Assembly: GCF_009914755.1 (NCBI RefSeq)
Contig: NC_060927.1
Strand: one strand, 5' to 3'
Length of the DNA: 64,000 nucleotides
Source: the human T2T-CHM13v2.0 reference genome, Homo sapiens
Part shown: positions 1 through 13,577 of the stretch, in pieces
How positions within the stretch are numbered: the stretch's first letter is position 1
Layout: the number at the start of each line of letters is the position of its first letter
Translations under genes and position numbers: made by a program
The notes under the pieces: generated by a model
Told to the model about the DNA's origin: nothing
Seen by the model: only the letters and a program-made list of their open reading frames with translations
Database searches by the model: none

Positions 1-45
1 ATCTTGTAGGCTGTTGTGCGGATTACAGGAAATAATGCTGTAAAG

Positions 46-589
46 CAAGGGTCTCCAACCCCAACCGCACCGCCCACCCCGTCCCCCGCCCTGGTAGCAG
101 TCTGTGGCCTTTTAGGAACCAGGTCACACAGCAGGAAGTGAGGAGTGGGAGAGCCAGTGAAGCTTCACCTGTGTTTACAGCTGCTCCCAATTGCTCACAT
201 TACTGCCTGAGCTCCGCCTCCTGTCAGATCAACTGCGGCATCAGATTCTCAAAGGAGCACAAACCCTATTGTGAACTGCACATGCAAGGGATCTAGGTTG
301 TTCACTCTTGATGATAATCTAATGCCTGATGATCAGTCACTTTCTCCCATAACCCCAAGATGGAACCGTCTAGTTGAAGGAAAACAAGCTCAGAGATCTC
401 ACTGATTCTACATTATGGTGAGTTGTATAATTATTTCATTATATATTACAATGTAACAATAATAGAAATAAAGTGTACAAAAAATGTAATGTGTTTGAGT
501 CATCCCAAAACCATCCCCACACCCCTATTAGTGGAAAAATTGTCTTCCATGAAACCAGTCCCTGGTGCCAAAGAGGTTGGGGACTGCTG
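46..589 (+). mobile_element. MER1A non-autonomous hAT-Charlie DNA transposon, full length, inserted in a MIR
   Basis: Termini caagggtctccaacc...ggttggggactgctg; body matches recalled MER1A; 8-bp TSD ctgtaaag (38-45)/ctctaaag (590-597). Confidence 0.9.
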
Positions 590-608
590 CTCTAAAGCAC
601 ACACAGAG

Positions 609-1648
609 CATGTTAGTGATCTATTACAGCTGACCCTTGAACAACATGGAGGCTAAGGGTACACAGTTGAAAATTTGGATATAACTTTTGATTCCCCAAA
701 ATCTTAACTGCTAATAACCTACTGTTGACCAAAAGCCTTACTGATAACATAAACAGTCAATGAAGACATATTTTGTATGCTCATGTATTGAAGCATATAG
801 GTGGCTGTATTCTTACAATAGAGTCAGCTGGAGGAAAGAAAATGTTATTAAAATCTTAAAGAAGAGAGAATATATTTACTATTCATTAATCATAAAGGTC
901 TTCATCCTCATTGTTTTCAAGTTGAGTAGGTTGAGGAGGAGGGGGAAGAGGAGGAGTTGGTCTTGCTGTATCCAGTTGGCAGAGGCAGAAGAGGTGGAGG
1001 AGCTGGAAGGGGAGGCAGGAGAGGCAGGCATGCTCAATGTAACTTTTATTGAAAAAAACCTGCATATAAGTAAACCTGCATAATTTAAACCCATTTTGTA
1101 CAAGGATCGACTGTACTCTCTAACAAACCACCCCAAAACTTAATGACTTGAAACCACAGCAATCATTTATTGTACCTCACAGTTTGCATGGATAATTCAG
1201 ATGGAGTACACTTGGGGCCGCTTAGCTCTGCTCCACTATCTGGGGGGCTGCAGCTGGAAGACTTGGAAGCTAGGGGCTGGGATCATCTGAAGGCCTAATC
1301 AGGGCTGGAGCATCCATTTCCAAGGTGACTCACACACATGGCTGGCAAATTGGTGCTGGATATTGGCCAAAGGCATCAGTTTCTCCCCACACAGGCCTTT
1401 CCTGAAGACTGCTTGAGTGTCCTCACAACATGGCAGCTGCCTTCCTCCAGAGCAAGCTATCCAAGAGGCAAAGGCAGATGCCTCAATGTCTTTTATGGCA
1501 TAACCTCAGAAGTCACATACCATTCCTTATGTAATATTCTTCTGCTCACACAGGTCAACTCTGCTTCATTGTGGGAAGGGACTACCCAAGGGCATGTGTA
1601 CTAGAAGGTAAGGACGACAGAGGGCCATCTTGGAGGCTGGCCACCAAA
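609..1648 (-). mobile_element. MLT1 (MaLR, MLT1F/G/H-like) solo LTR, interrupted by a Tigger2 derivative
   Basis: taacaaaccaccccaaaacttaatgacttgaaac...ggccatcttggaggctggccacca; TSD cagag/caaag; flanking MIR resumes at ~1649. Confidence 0.75.
627..1113. mobile_element. Tigger2-derived non-autonomous element (Tigger2a/MER28-like)
   Basis: TIRs cagctgacccttgaacaaca / ttttgtacaaggatcgactg, TA TSDs at 625-626 and 1114-1115. Confidence 0.85.
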
Positions 1649-2857
1649 CAAAGTGATAGACGCATAATAAGAACTCAATAATATGAGCTATTGTTTTCAT
1701 TCTAAGAACAAAAGAGGGCCCCTTGGTAAAGACTTCACTCTGGAGAGGCAAGAAACTGAGAGCCAAGTTTCCCACCTGGTGCTCACCCAGCTCCTCCCAG
1801 CCACTGCTCCCTGGGGGTACACAGCTTATTCTCTGCTTGATGAAAGGTCTGCCTCTCTAACCTTCCCTGGAGCCAGGCAGGTGGCACTTGGCTTTCAGCA
1901 TGCATCTCAGCAGGCAAAGTAAACAGAGGGTGCAGAGATATCCATAATGCTGTAATTAAGCAGAGAAAGGTGCTAACTGCAAATCCGGAGCTCCAAATGT
2001 CCTCCAAGGGGTAGTTAGGGCTGTGTAGAATCTGTTAACTGGCAATAACTTTGAAAGGAGGGTTTGCCAGAGAGAAGCCAACGTCGACATAGATCACCTG
2101 CAGACAACCGTAGGCTGACTGTGCATCCAAGCTCATTTGTTTTAAACTGAAAGCTCTGAGCCAAAGAGTCCAGCCTGGGATTGAATTAATGATGAGCATG
2201 AATGAAGCTTGGCATTGCTTCCCTCACAGACAGGCAGGCAATCAATGAATTTTTCATGTCTTGCTCATGGTGCCATTTTCTCTGCCAGGTTCTCAGACCA
2301 CCCTTGGTACGTGGGCTGTGAGGGGCGGGGTTGGCTGGAGAGGGGAATGACTTTATTCTCTACTTTCTCTACAGTCACCCACAGCAGACACTTTGAGAGT
2401 GTCTGCCCTGTTCACAACAATCTCCTCTTAACAACCACACCCCCTTAGTTCAGCAGGCATTTGGTGACGTGTGATAACATGTGGCCTCTCCTGTGGCTAT
2501 AGGTGACTGCTTTGCAGTGGGCTCTTGACTCACATTGGGCCAAGCAGAGTCCCTTCCCTGGGGATGTGGAAGTGGAACCCAGTGAGAGAGTTGTTCTTGT
2601 GGCGTGCCTGGATCTTCACCATGCATTCCTGATAGCTATGAGGGGGAGTATTTTTCACCAAGAAGCAGAAGAGAATATTCTAGAGGGAGAGGGAAAGAAT
2701 GAAGCAGAAACATCAAAGCAGAGTTGAGAGATGGAAAGATAATCTGGACTTCCTAAGTGCCAGTTCTGGTCCCTTTCTGAGAACATGTGTGTTTCCACCC
2801 CTGAGTTCTCAAAGACATGTCTATATCCTTATAAATTTCCACCTTCTACTGAAACTA

Positions 2858-4139
2858 TTAGGTTGGTGCAAATGTAATTGCAGTTTCAGGTCATGAATTT
2901 TAAATCATTATAACCAGGCTCAAACACATCTTTATTAATCAACATAGGAACCACTATAATCAGCACAGTTTTGCCAAGGAGAAATAAATTTGTTTTTTCT
3001 TGTAGCATAAAAATCTGTGTTTTGGGATTCGATGAACTCTTGGAAAGCATTTTCTGTTTCCTGCTGATTGTGGAAGCTGTTTCCCTGCAAAAAGTTGTCA
3101 AGATGCTTGAAGAAGTGGTAGTCAGTTGGCGAGAGGTCAGGTGAATATAATGAATGAGGCAAAACTTCATAACCCAATTAGTTCAACTTTTGAAGGGTGG
3201 GATGTGCAATGTACGGTTGGGGATTGTTGTGTAGAAGAATTGGGCCCTTTCTGTTGATCAATGCCAGCTGCAGGCATTGCAATTTTCAGTGCATGTCATC
3301 AATTTGCAGAGCATACTTCTCAGATGTAATGGTTTCACCGGATTCAGAAAGCTGTCGTGGACCACACTGACAGTAGACCACTAAACAGTGACCATGACCT
3401 TATTTTGGTGAAATTTGGCTTTGGGAAGTGCTTTGGAGCTTCTTCTTGGTCCTTCCATTGAGCTGGTCATCATCAACTGTTGTAGAAAATCCACTTTTCG
3501 TGGCACATCACAATCTGATCAAGAAAGGGTTCATTGTTGCGTAGAATAAGAGAAGATGACATTTCAAAATGATGATTTTGTTTTATTTTCACTCAGCTCA
3601 TGAGGCACCCATTTATTGAGCTTCTTCAACTTTCCACTTTGCTTCAAATGCCAAACAATCATAGAATGGTCGACATTGAGTTCTTCAGCAACTTTTCGTG
3701 TAGTTGTAAGAGGATCAGCTTTGATGATTGCTCTCAGTTGGTCATTGTCAAGATCCAATGGTTGGGCACTACACTCCTCATCTTCAAGCTTCTTGTTTCC
3801 TTTACAAAACTTCTTGAACCACCACTGCACTCTACGTTCACTAGCAGATCCTGGGGCAAAGGCATTGTTGATGTTGCAAGTTGTCTATGCTGCTTTATGA
3901 CCCATTTTGAACTCAAATAAGAAAATCACTCAAATTTGCTTGCGGTCTAACATCATTTCCATAGTCCAAAATAAACATAAAATAAATGACAAGTGATAAG
4001 TCATTAGCAAAAGACATAAAGTGAGAAATGCCCATTAAATTGATATATAACATAACCACATTTATTTAATAATGTATTCCAATATCAAATGGCAAATGCC
4101 AACAGTGCAAAAACTGCAGTTACTTTTGCACTCACCTAA
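2858..4139 (-). mobile_element. HSMAR1 mariner DNA transposon, full length (1282 bp)
   Basis: TIRs ttaggttggtgcaaatgtaattgcagttt / aaactgcagttacttttgcactcacctaa, TA TSDs (2856-57, 4140-41); transposase motifs WVPHEL and YSPDLSPTDY. Confidence 0.95.
2935..3962 (-). pseudogene. Hsmar1 transposase pseudogene
   Basis: Starts ATG GAA ATG ATG TTA GAC (3962); TGA at codon 11; frameshifts; ORF fragments 3564-3830 and 2935-3177; catalytic D1 read as H (IVMCHEKW), D2 as N (LLHNN), D3 retained (SPTDY). Confidence 0.9.
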
Positions 4140-5251
4140 TAGGACAGATGTGGTTTTCCGTTACTTGCATAATGGGTTCACAAGTTTGAGAAGTTATTTT
4201 GTCCCATTCACCCTCCTTCTGGGACCAGCTGAGCTTTAGGGTGGGAGAACACAGCACTGAGAAGGAATGGCACAGGCCTCTGTTCTCAAGGGCTGAACTG
4301 GGGCTGGCACACCTGGTGTCTGGGCAGGCAGGTCAGGCCCCATGAATCAACCAAGCCTGGAGAAAGCGCCCCTCCTGCAGAGACCATCACTGCTACTCAG
4401 CTCTATCCCATTCTTGGCATCAGGATATGTGAGATCATTGTGGCTGGATTTTTCTGATATTTCAACGGTACAAGGAAGTTTGGACTATTGTGTAAAACTT
4501 ACTGATTTTAGAATGTTGCAGATAATTTTTTTGAACGTTAAATACATTCTGAGAGCCCAACTGAATATATCTATGGGCACTGTCCAGCCTGCAGCCCTCC
4601 AGTGGAGGGCTCTGCCAGGCCCATGGGGGGATGGAGCCAGACGTGTGTCCGGTAGAGGGATTCTGCATGGCTTTGCTTTGGGATACTGATGGGGTGAGGG
4701 GTGGTGGCTTCCACTACAGCTGTGGTGGTCCCATGCAGCACCTGAAAAGGAGCTGTTCCTCTGAGGACATGCTGGTGAGGCTGGACATTAAACACTGTGG
4801 CCTTGAGTGCATCAACAAGGGTCCCCTGAGGCCAAAGCTGTGATGGGAAGAGAAGACCACTGGGAAGGACATTTATGTGGCCCACCCAGAAAAGAAGTCT
4901 CTGATAAGCGATGGAGAACCTGAAATTGACAGCAGGGTAATGAAACAGAAGGAATGATGCTCCACAGGATTTCCTGTTGTTATCAAGGAACCAGCTCCCT
5001 GCCTGCTCCCTAAAGACTGGATGAGCCTGAAATTCTTATACAGAGAACAAAGGATGAGTCCTGGTGCTGCCTGACAACAGACATCCAGCCAGCCAGGCAG
5101 GTGCGGGCTGGAGCCAGTTTTAAGTTGATTAGAGGAAAATATAAAAATAGGACATTTCTTAACCTGAGAATTGTGGGCAAATTGACAATGGTTATACTGG
5201 CCACCAGCAAATCATAATAGAGATATTGCACTAGAGCTTTCCCAGTAAGGC

Positions 5252-5728
5252 TGTATCAGTCAGGGTTCCACCAGGAGAACAAATCTCACTCTAGGTGTTT
5301 AAAACAGAGGCAATTTAGTCAAGGTCTTGGTCCCCAGATAGAAGAGACCAAGATGGCCATCAGGGCTTAGTGGGCAAGTGCAGGAAGCCTCCACCATTCC
5401 TAGGCTGGGAGGACAGCACTGGCATCACCTAGCAGAAGCTGGAACATCGGTAGGCCTATTGGTGGGAGCTGGAGCCATGTGGGGAGGGAGGATGTAGCTG
5501 GCCTCAAAGACGTCCCCTGAGCAGACAGAAGAGTGGAGTTCCCCGGTTTGTCCTTTCGACTCTCTAGTATCCCACCAGTGCCTCCAAATGACTGAGCTTC
5601 AGTGGATACCAGCTAGAATGGGAGCCTGGAAAATATTCTCCAAGCATTGGCCTCCCTGAGCTGCAGAGCAGAGCAGGGGAAGGATGAGAAGTGGACCTGA
5701 ACAAATCAGGGGAGGATGGGCAGACACA
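5252..5728 (-). mobile_element. ERVL solo LTR (LTR33/LTR41-like)
   Basis: tgtatcagtcagggttcc...gcagagcagagcaggggaagg...cagacaca. Confidence 0.6.
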
Positions 5729-5987
5729 CCACAGAACATAAAGAATGGAGAACATTCTAGAAGCAGGAGTACATGATACCGCACTCCTATTTCCAGAGGT
5801 CTCTCCTAACCCGTAGCTATTCCCCACTCCTACCTGGCATCTACAGGTTCTTAGCCAGACATGGCCAGATTACCATGCTAGTGAAGAGAAGGAGGGGAAA
5901 GAACAGCTACTTATGGCCACTCCAGAACTGTCAGTTGTATGACAGGAACTATCTAAAAAGCCTTACGCTGCTAATCTCATTTATGAC

Positions 5988-6289
<302 letters not shown>

Positions 6290-7851
6290 ATGCTTATCTT
6301 ATTTGGAGTAAGGGTTAGTTTCTCCTTACTTCACAAACAGGCTAACAGGACTAAAATGGACAAGACGTAGGCATATACTTTTGGGTATGAAACCACAGAA
6401 GTTACTCACCAGGATGTTGGGTTCCTTGGTTTTATACACAATTTGCTTTCTTTAGGACTTAATCTGGTCCCCAGATGCTTTTTATTTCGGCAGTCAGGGT
6501 CCTGACCAATTCATCTAATATTACCACTCGTATTTGTGTCATGAAAAATTTGTATGACAGAGGACAAGCTTGTGAAGGTATCAGATGTATAAGTATGGCT
6601 AAATGGCTGATTAGAGTTTGTAAAACATGCCATCCTCTGTCTCCCCCTTACCTCCTCCTCCCCAGCCCCCGTGCTCTCCCACAGAGCCTGAAATATTAGA
6701 TGGATAGTGGTTGGCAGTTTTAATTACAGGATGTCTTTTATGGCTATCAGTCTTTCCAAGTTCTTAGAGTTAAAGAACACTGATGGTTGTTCATGTCATC
6801 GGTTGTGGTTGGAGTCCCTGGGGAACTGTGATGGATTGGTTTTGTGGCCTTTGCTTCAAATTCCTCTCTGTAAACAGAGGTCTGGGTTAATTGCATATGG
6901 TGGAGCTGGATGTGGGATTGGGATTAATTTCAGCCAATCTCATTTCCAACCACTCCCCCGACACACATCCTCACTCCTACATGAGCCGACCTCCTGACTG
7001 TCACTTCTAAACCCACCATGCCCATCCTTCTTGCCTGCGTTTCTGTTGGCCATTCCTTCAGCTTAGGACAGACACCCTTCCCATTTTTCTCTGGAAAGCT
7101 TATTCTTCAAGGCTCAGTCAGGATCCTCCATGGAGCTTTCTCAAAGGAACTCCATGACACAATAGCACAAATTCTGCCAGTACTCATGGCATACAATCAG
7201 CCTCATCATTAAGAAGATATCTTTACTGATACATCAAATGCACAGTATCAGGCATCGAGGTGTCAAAGGGTTGGAAACCATGGTCGCTAATTGTTATGTG
7301 TTTACAATCTATTTGAGGAAACAGCACATTCATTTATTCATTCTGTAAGCACTTACTAAGCAGCTACAAAGTGTAGGCACAACACCAGGCACTAAGAAAT
7401 ACTTATAAATATACACAGATAGGAAACATTAAGCAACAACATGAAAACATGCAAATGCTAAGTAACAAATAAGTTAGAGTATTATCCAGCAGTACAGTAC
7501 AGTTGTTTGAAATGAGACAGAGAGAGAAAAAAGAACTGAGACTGGAGCCTTTCTCTTCCACTTGGAGCTGTGTGACCCTGGGTGAGACATTTAACTAAGG
7601 CTACCAGGCAGGCACATGGCCGGTTGTGTCCTGTCCTTTGTGCTTGTACTAGAGGATGTGTGGGCTAGAAATCCATCCCCAGCTCTGCTCATCAAGCTGT
7701 GCTCTCTGGCTCTGGGGCCACAGCAGCCCAGAGGAAGGGGTGCTTTTTGTAATTCTCCTGCTCATAGTGGATGCCAATTTGAAATTCACTCTCCAGGAAC
7801 AGATATTTTCTTCTTATTCACAGAAGATACCACAGAGCTAGCAGAACCCTC

Positions 7852-7950
7852 CACTTCACCTCTCTGAGCCTCAGTTTTATTTACAAAATGGGGTTAATAA
7901 TATCTACTCTAAAAGCTGGTTGGGAGGATTAAATGAGATAATACATGTGA
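7852..7950 (+). mobile_element. MIR fragment
   Basis: ctctctgagcctcagtttt...gaggattaaatgagataat core. Confidence 0.75.
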
Positions 7951-9960
7951 CTGATTATGAATCTTTAGTTGGAAAAGAATGAAGAAAGAAACCCAACTTA
8001 AACTGAAAAAAAAGAAAAGAGATGCTTTTGTGTATACTGTTAGGAAGATCATAGAGGAAGACCCAGGATCTCAGGGACTAGAAGTAGGGCATGTAAGTCA
8101 GAATTTAGGAAACCAAAACCATTCCAGTCATCTCAAATAGAAAATAATTGAATACAGGAATTGGGAGCTTATAGAATGAGTGGATGAGCTAGAGGAGCAG
8201 AAGTCAGGGGCCACATTTGGTGTATAGATTTCAAGGGCATTACCAAGGCCGCGTCTAGTTCAGGGATCAGCGAGCCTCAGTAACTGCCACCCTTGCTGCT
8301 ACCAACAAGGGCCATGCATGCCTGTGAAACTGGGGACTAGACTCAGAACACTGAATATGTAATTAAATAATAGACACAGAAGTCCCCCTGGGAGGGCTCT
8401 AAAGATGGAAGAGCTTGTTACGGGCAGATCCACATGCAAGTCCTAGCCTCTGGGAGGCCACAGAAATTCTCCAGCCCACATGTGCAGAATGCCAGAGGTA
8501 GCCTTTCATGGAGTCTCAAGGGTAAGGCAGTGAAATGGAGATTGCACCTACATTTTCCCTCACATCTTGGAAGTCACCCAAAGCCTTCAGGGGTGCTACA
8601 GGCAGATCCAGTGAATGATGATGGGGATAGCAGGATGAAGTATCAGCCCTGGCTGGAAGGAGGGCAGGAATTAGCAGTACAGGGTGATGTAAAAAGCTCG
8701 GGCTGGACAGTCAGATGAATCTCAGTCAAGTTCCTGTTTCACGCGTCCCAGCTCTTTAACCTTAAGGAGCTGTTTGAAAACCTCTCCGGGTCTTAGTGAA
8801 CTCAGTGTAAAATGGAAGCCACTAGGCAGTTGTGGGGCTGAAGTGAGATTGTGTCAGGGCAAATCTAGCAGGAAGTTTATGTACCAGGGTGCCTGGCACA
8901 CAATAAATACTCTCTGTAAGTGGTGATTACAAGGTTTCTTATAGAATGCATAGCCCTGCTTCAGGGTAATAGCAATGGCACAGTATTCACTAAGCCCCCG
9001 CAGGAACCCCCAATAAGCCCAGCTCACCCACAGTGATGACATGGCCACAGCCTAAACTGGAGAGTCTATTTGGGTGAACAGCAAAAGCTAATGGAGAGAG
9101 AGAGAGAAACCAACCAACCCAAGCCATCTCTTTCTGATGGGCCTTACAACCTAACCTCCTAGGAGCATCTCTCAGACGGTCTGGCTGCTAAATCACCACC
9201 ACCGCAGTAATTGAAACAGAAAATCATGCTCTACAGAACAACCTAGCAACACCACCATTAGCAGCTGTGGTTTTTCATTGCGAACTGGGGAGCTAATATG
9301 CCTCTTTATGTGTGTGCTGGCACAGTCAGATATATATCTTCACCAATATTTCAGTAGGGATGGGGCCCTTCCTGCTCCTTCCTTCCACCCAGTGATATGT
9401 GGGGCTGTTCATTCAGGGTGCCCAAAAGGAATAGTAAACTTCTCCATGTTATCTGAGGCTGCTCAGCTCTGTGGCTAATACAAGAGGCTCATATCCTCCC
9501 TCCCTTCCTTCCTTCCTCCCTCTGCCATCACTGAGCTTACCTTTGTATGGGGAAACAGAAATTAAACAAATAATCACACAAGTCTATAACTAAAAACTGC
9601 AATTTGTGCTCAAATTGGGAAAACTTTGCTTTCCAGGGAAACCTGGTATCTTTGGAAAGAAGAAGGAAGATTTATCTGAAGAAATTCTGAGAGTGAAAAG
9701 GTGCGGGTATAAGGGAGAAACAGGAGAATGTTCTAGAGATCTACAGTAAGTGCAAAGGCCCTGAGCCACGAGGGAGCTTAGTGCTTACAAGGAGCCTAAA
9801 GGGCACTGGTGCCAGTGGAGGCTGTGGGAGATGGCAGAGTGTGAGGCATAGATCTTAAAAGTAATTGGAAGACTTTCCCGTATGCTGCTGCTAGACTAAT
9901 CATAATGCCTGGGTCTGATTTTGTTGCTTTCTTGACCCAAATTTTTAGTTGTTCTTATGA

Positions 9961-10459
<499 letters not shown>

Positions 10460-10520
10460 CATCCCATGTAATTTTGAGTAGACTGAATGTTCCTGAAAAC
10501 CCTATTGCAAGTTATCTGAG

Positions 10521-10985
10521 CTATGGTGGTTTTAGTATATGTCTGCAAGTTTGTTGATACCTCTTCCTTCAAGGCATGGAGCCTAATTCCCCTCTCCTTG
10601 AATGCAGACCAGACTTAAAGACTCTCTTCTAAGGAAAAGAATGTGGTAGAAGTGATGCTATGTGACTTTTGAGGCTAGGTTGTAAAAGGAAGAGCTTCGG
10701 TTTGTCCCTCTCTCTGGGATTGCTCACTCTGGAGGAAGCCAGCTGCCATGGTGTGAGGACACTCAAGCAGCCCTGTGGGGAAATTTCACAGGGAGAGAGG
10801 CATCCTACCAACAGCCAGCACCAACTTGCCAGTTGTGTAGATAAGCCACCTTGAAAGTAGGTCTTGCAGCCCCAGCGAAGCCATCAGATTATTCTAGACT
10901 TCAGCCTTTGAGTATTCCAGCTATGGCCCTGGACATCACAGAGTCAAGCTCTGTGTCCTGTTCCCTGTCTGAATTCTCCAGCTAC
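10521..10985 (+). mobile_element. MLT1F/G-like MaLR LTR
   Basis: ggagcctaattcccctctccttgaat...gaggaagccagctgccatgg...; 3' end approximate. Confidence 0.75.
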
Positions 10986-13129
10986 ATACTAGCACAATGT
11001 TGTTTTTTTTTTGCATGGGATCTTAATATGTATTATAGATTCTAGAAACACAGTGACTGTAAATCAATGGATAGTTGCACTTAGTTATGTTTGAACCTTT
11101 GCCAAAAGTTTTTCTCTGCTTCAAAAATAACATTGCCAATAGCAAATCTCCTTAAGGTATTAGAGTCACCGAAGCAATACGCCTGTTAACAGTCTACAGT
11201 TGCAGCTCTCGCCACCACAGTGATTCCTCGTGTGTGAATATTCAGCTGAATATTGCCTTACATTTTTTATATTCAAATTTTTCCATTATGAGTTGCAAAC
11301 ATCTGACTACTTCATTATATCTCCTAATAAATCCAGGCCTATGCATATGATATTGTAAATGACATTTCTTTCTTTTTTAGACTAGACTTGGGCCATTATA
11401 CTTATTTTTTAAAATTATGCGAGTAGGTGGGTTATATTGAAAAGATGAATTCCATTTCAGGGTGGTAAAGGGGCATTATAAGATATTCATCAAGAAAAAG
11501 AAGGTGAGACATGACCAACTGCTAGTGAATATTTTATTGACTTAGGAAATGAAGATCAGTTGTTCTCTTGCCCCTCAGCAACCTTCCAGCATGATTCTTC
11601 ACTGTTTCATTACGTAAGCCATCTTCTCTAGTTCAAAATGGGCCTTCTCACTATTCCCCAAACAGACTCAGCACATTTCTGTCTTAGGGTCTGCCATTTC
11701 CTTACATGAATTCCATCTCTTTTCTTTTTTGTCTTTCAAAATCCACCGATCTCTGATTTAAGTGTTCCTTCAACAAATAAAGACAGTGTGCCCCTGGAGG
11801 CCAGACCCTGTGCTGTGTCCGAAGTCTCCTGTGAAGAGACACAGGCCTTGGTGTTTCCCCAGAGCCTCCGGTCTGTCCAGGAATCTGACCCTATGCAATT
11901 ACAGTGAAGCTTGATAGTGGGAAATACTGAATGCCCACATAGAGTTGGCACCGAGGGAGCTTCATGCAAGTGAAAAACCTGTTTTGAGTTCTCTGTGCTG
12001 AGTGCTCTGTGCTGTGTGCTGTAGTGTATTTTGAAATATGTCTGCAGAGAGCACAGTGGTCCCCGCCTAGTCCTGAAGAGGGTGAGTGACAGGTAGGCTG
12101 GAAGACCACCCGATGCCGAAAACCTCTCCTCTTTCCAGCCTGAATAGCTCCTTAGCTTTTAATGTTCATTTTGCATGCACTTTGCCTACTTCCTACAAAT
12201 TATATTGTAGGGCTTTGCGATTAGGCACTTCCATTATCTCCCCATCTCTTGGAGCGTCCCTCTAGAAAAGGTAGACTTGGGAACTGAAGTAGGCCTGGAA
12301 AACTGGAGAATTAGACCTGGTTTCTCTCTGGTGGCTGCCACATGTTAAAACTGGTGAATCAAGAGAGAACACAGAGTCTGTGTGACCTGGTTGCAGGTAA
12401 CCGAGGCCACTTGGATAAAGACTGCGGTCTCTTTCCCAGAGGTCTCCCTGCAGCTCACCTGGTTGTAACAGCTGACAGGGTCTGACTGCCCTCTGCCAGC
12501 ACGCAAGGCTCATTTATGTGTGCCCAGCACGGTGGTGTGGCCTGCAGCCCCTTCTCTCAGCACTGACTCCATTTGCTTTCCTCATTACTGACCAGACTTT
12601 GAAAACCACACACGTTCATAACACATGCACACACAGCCCGTAGGATCAACCTCTCAGGGATGCGCTCAAAAACATGCTCCAAGAAACAGCCTGAAGGAGA
12701 CACTGCTGAATTTTTGTCACGTTGTGAGAAAACAGATTTTCTAGAAGCACCAAGCAAGGGGAAGGTCCCTGCCCCCCATAGTTCTTTCCAGAGCAGCCTG
12801 GAATTTGGAGGGCAGCCAAACAGATGGCAGTTTCTGGCCACTTGAGGGCACTCTGGAATTCTGAGACCAGCAGGGAGCTGATGTGTTGGGCTTTTTTTTT
12901 CTTTTTTACCAGAAATGCAATCCCAGCTAGCCATCAGCAGACAATCTAGAAATTAATCCTCAAAAAGGAAGCGGTGACAAATGGGTTTTATAATGAGGAC
13001 TTGAAGCCAGGCAGGGCAGAGGGCAGGCGCATCAGAGGTAAAGCAAAGGACTGCAAGTTTCACCGCAGGTGGGAAACAGTCAGCCTGGGTTTTGTTTGCC
13101 ATTGCTCAGAAGAAAGAGTTCAGTTAACC

Positions 13130-13213
13130 CAGTGGTTCTGAACCGGGGGCGATTTGTTGCCCCACAGGGGACATTTGGCAATGTCTGGAAACATATTTGA
13201 TTATCACAATGGG

Positions 13214-13249
<36 letters not shown>

Positions 13250-13369
13250 GTTGCATCTAGTGAGCAAAAGCCAGAGATGCTACTAAACATCACACAGCGC
13301 ACAGAGCAGCACCCCCAACCCTGGGAGCAAAGAATCCTGTGGTCCTGATGCCCAGGTTGAGAAACCCTG
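13130..13369 (+). mobile_element. MER20 hAT MITE with internal (TG)n
   Basis: cagtggttctgaacc...ggttgagaaaccctg; TSD agttaacc/agttaaca; (TG)16 at ~13215-13246. Confidence 0.9.
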
Positions 13370-13577
13370 AGTTAACACAACAGCAGTTTTAAGCCCTGCC
13401 TGCTCAGTGAGCAGGAGGTCTGCATTCCAGTTCTTTCCACAGTTTCTAGCCTGTGCTGAGCTGAATGGTTCCCCAGGAAGTGGTCTAGTTTTGCAGATGC
13501 TGTCACGATTCATAGAGGAAAAAAAATTAAAAATCAACCTGGGATTTTTACTTAACCCCACCCCACCCCCACCCCAA

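Larger units (their letters stand above)
2500..4172 (+). mobile_element. Old MLT1-type LTR split near its 3' end by Hsmar1
   Basis: ...ataaatttccaccttctactgaaac|TA|ggacagatgtggttttccgttacttgca resembles an MLT1 3' end on both sides of the mariner; start approximate. Confidence 0.5.

Noticed and set aside
760-1136. ORFs with acidic or Ser-rich stretches
   Set aside because: Lie within the non-autonomous Tigger2 derivative.
2935-3962. Possible SETMAR exon or active transposase
   Set aside because: Both TIRs present, early stop, frameshifts and two catalytic Asp lost; a dispersed dead copy.
7520-7950. MIR apparently split by a ~250-bp unknown insert
   Set aside because: No TSD or termini found; two separate MIR fragments explain it equally well.
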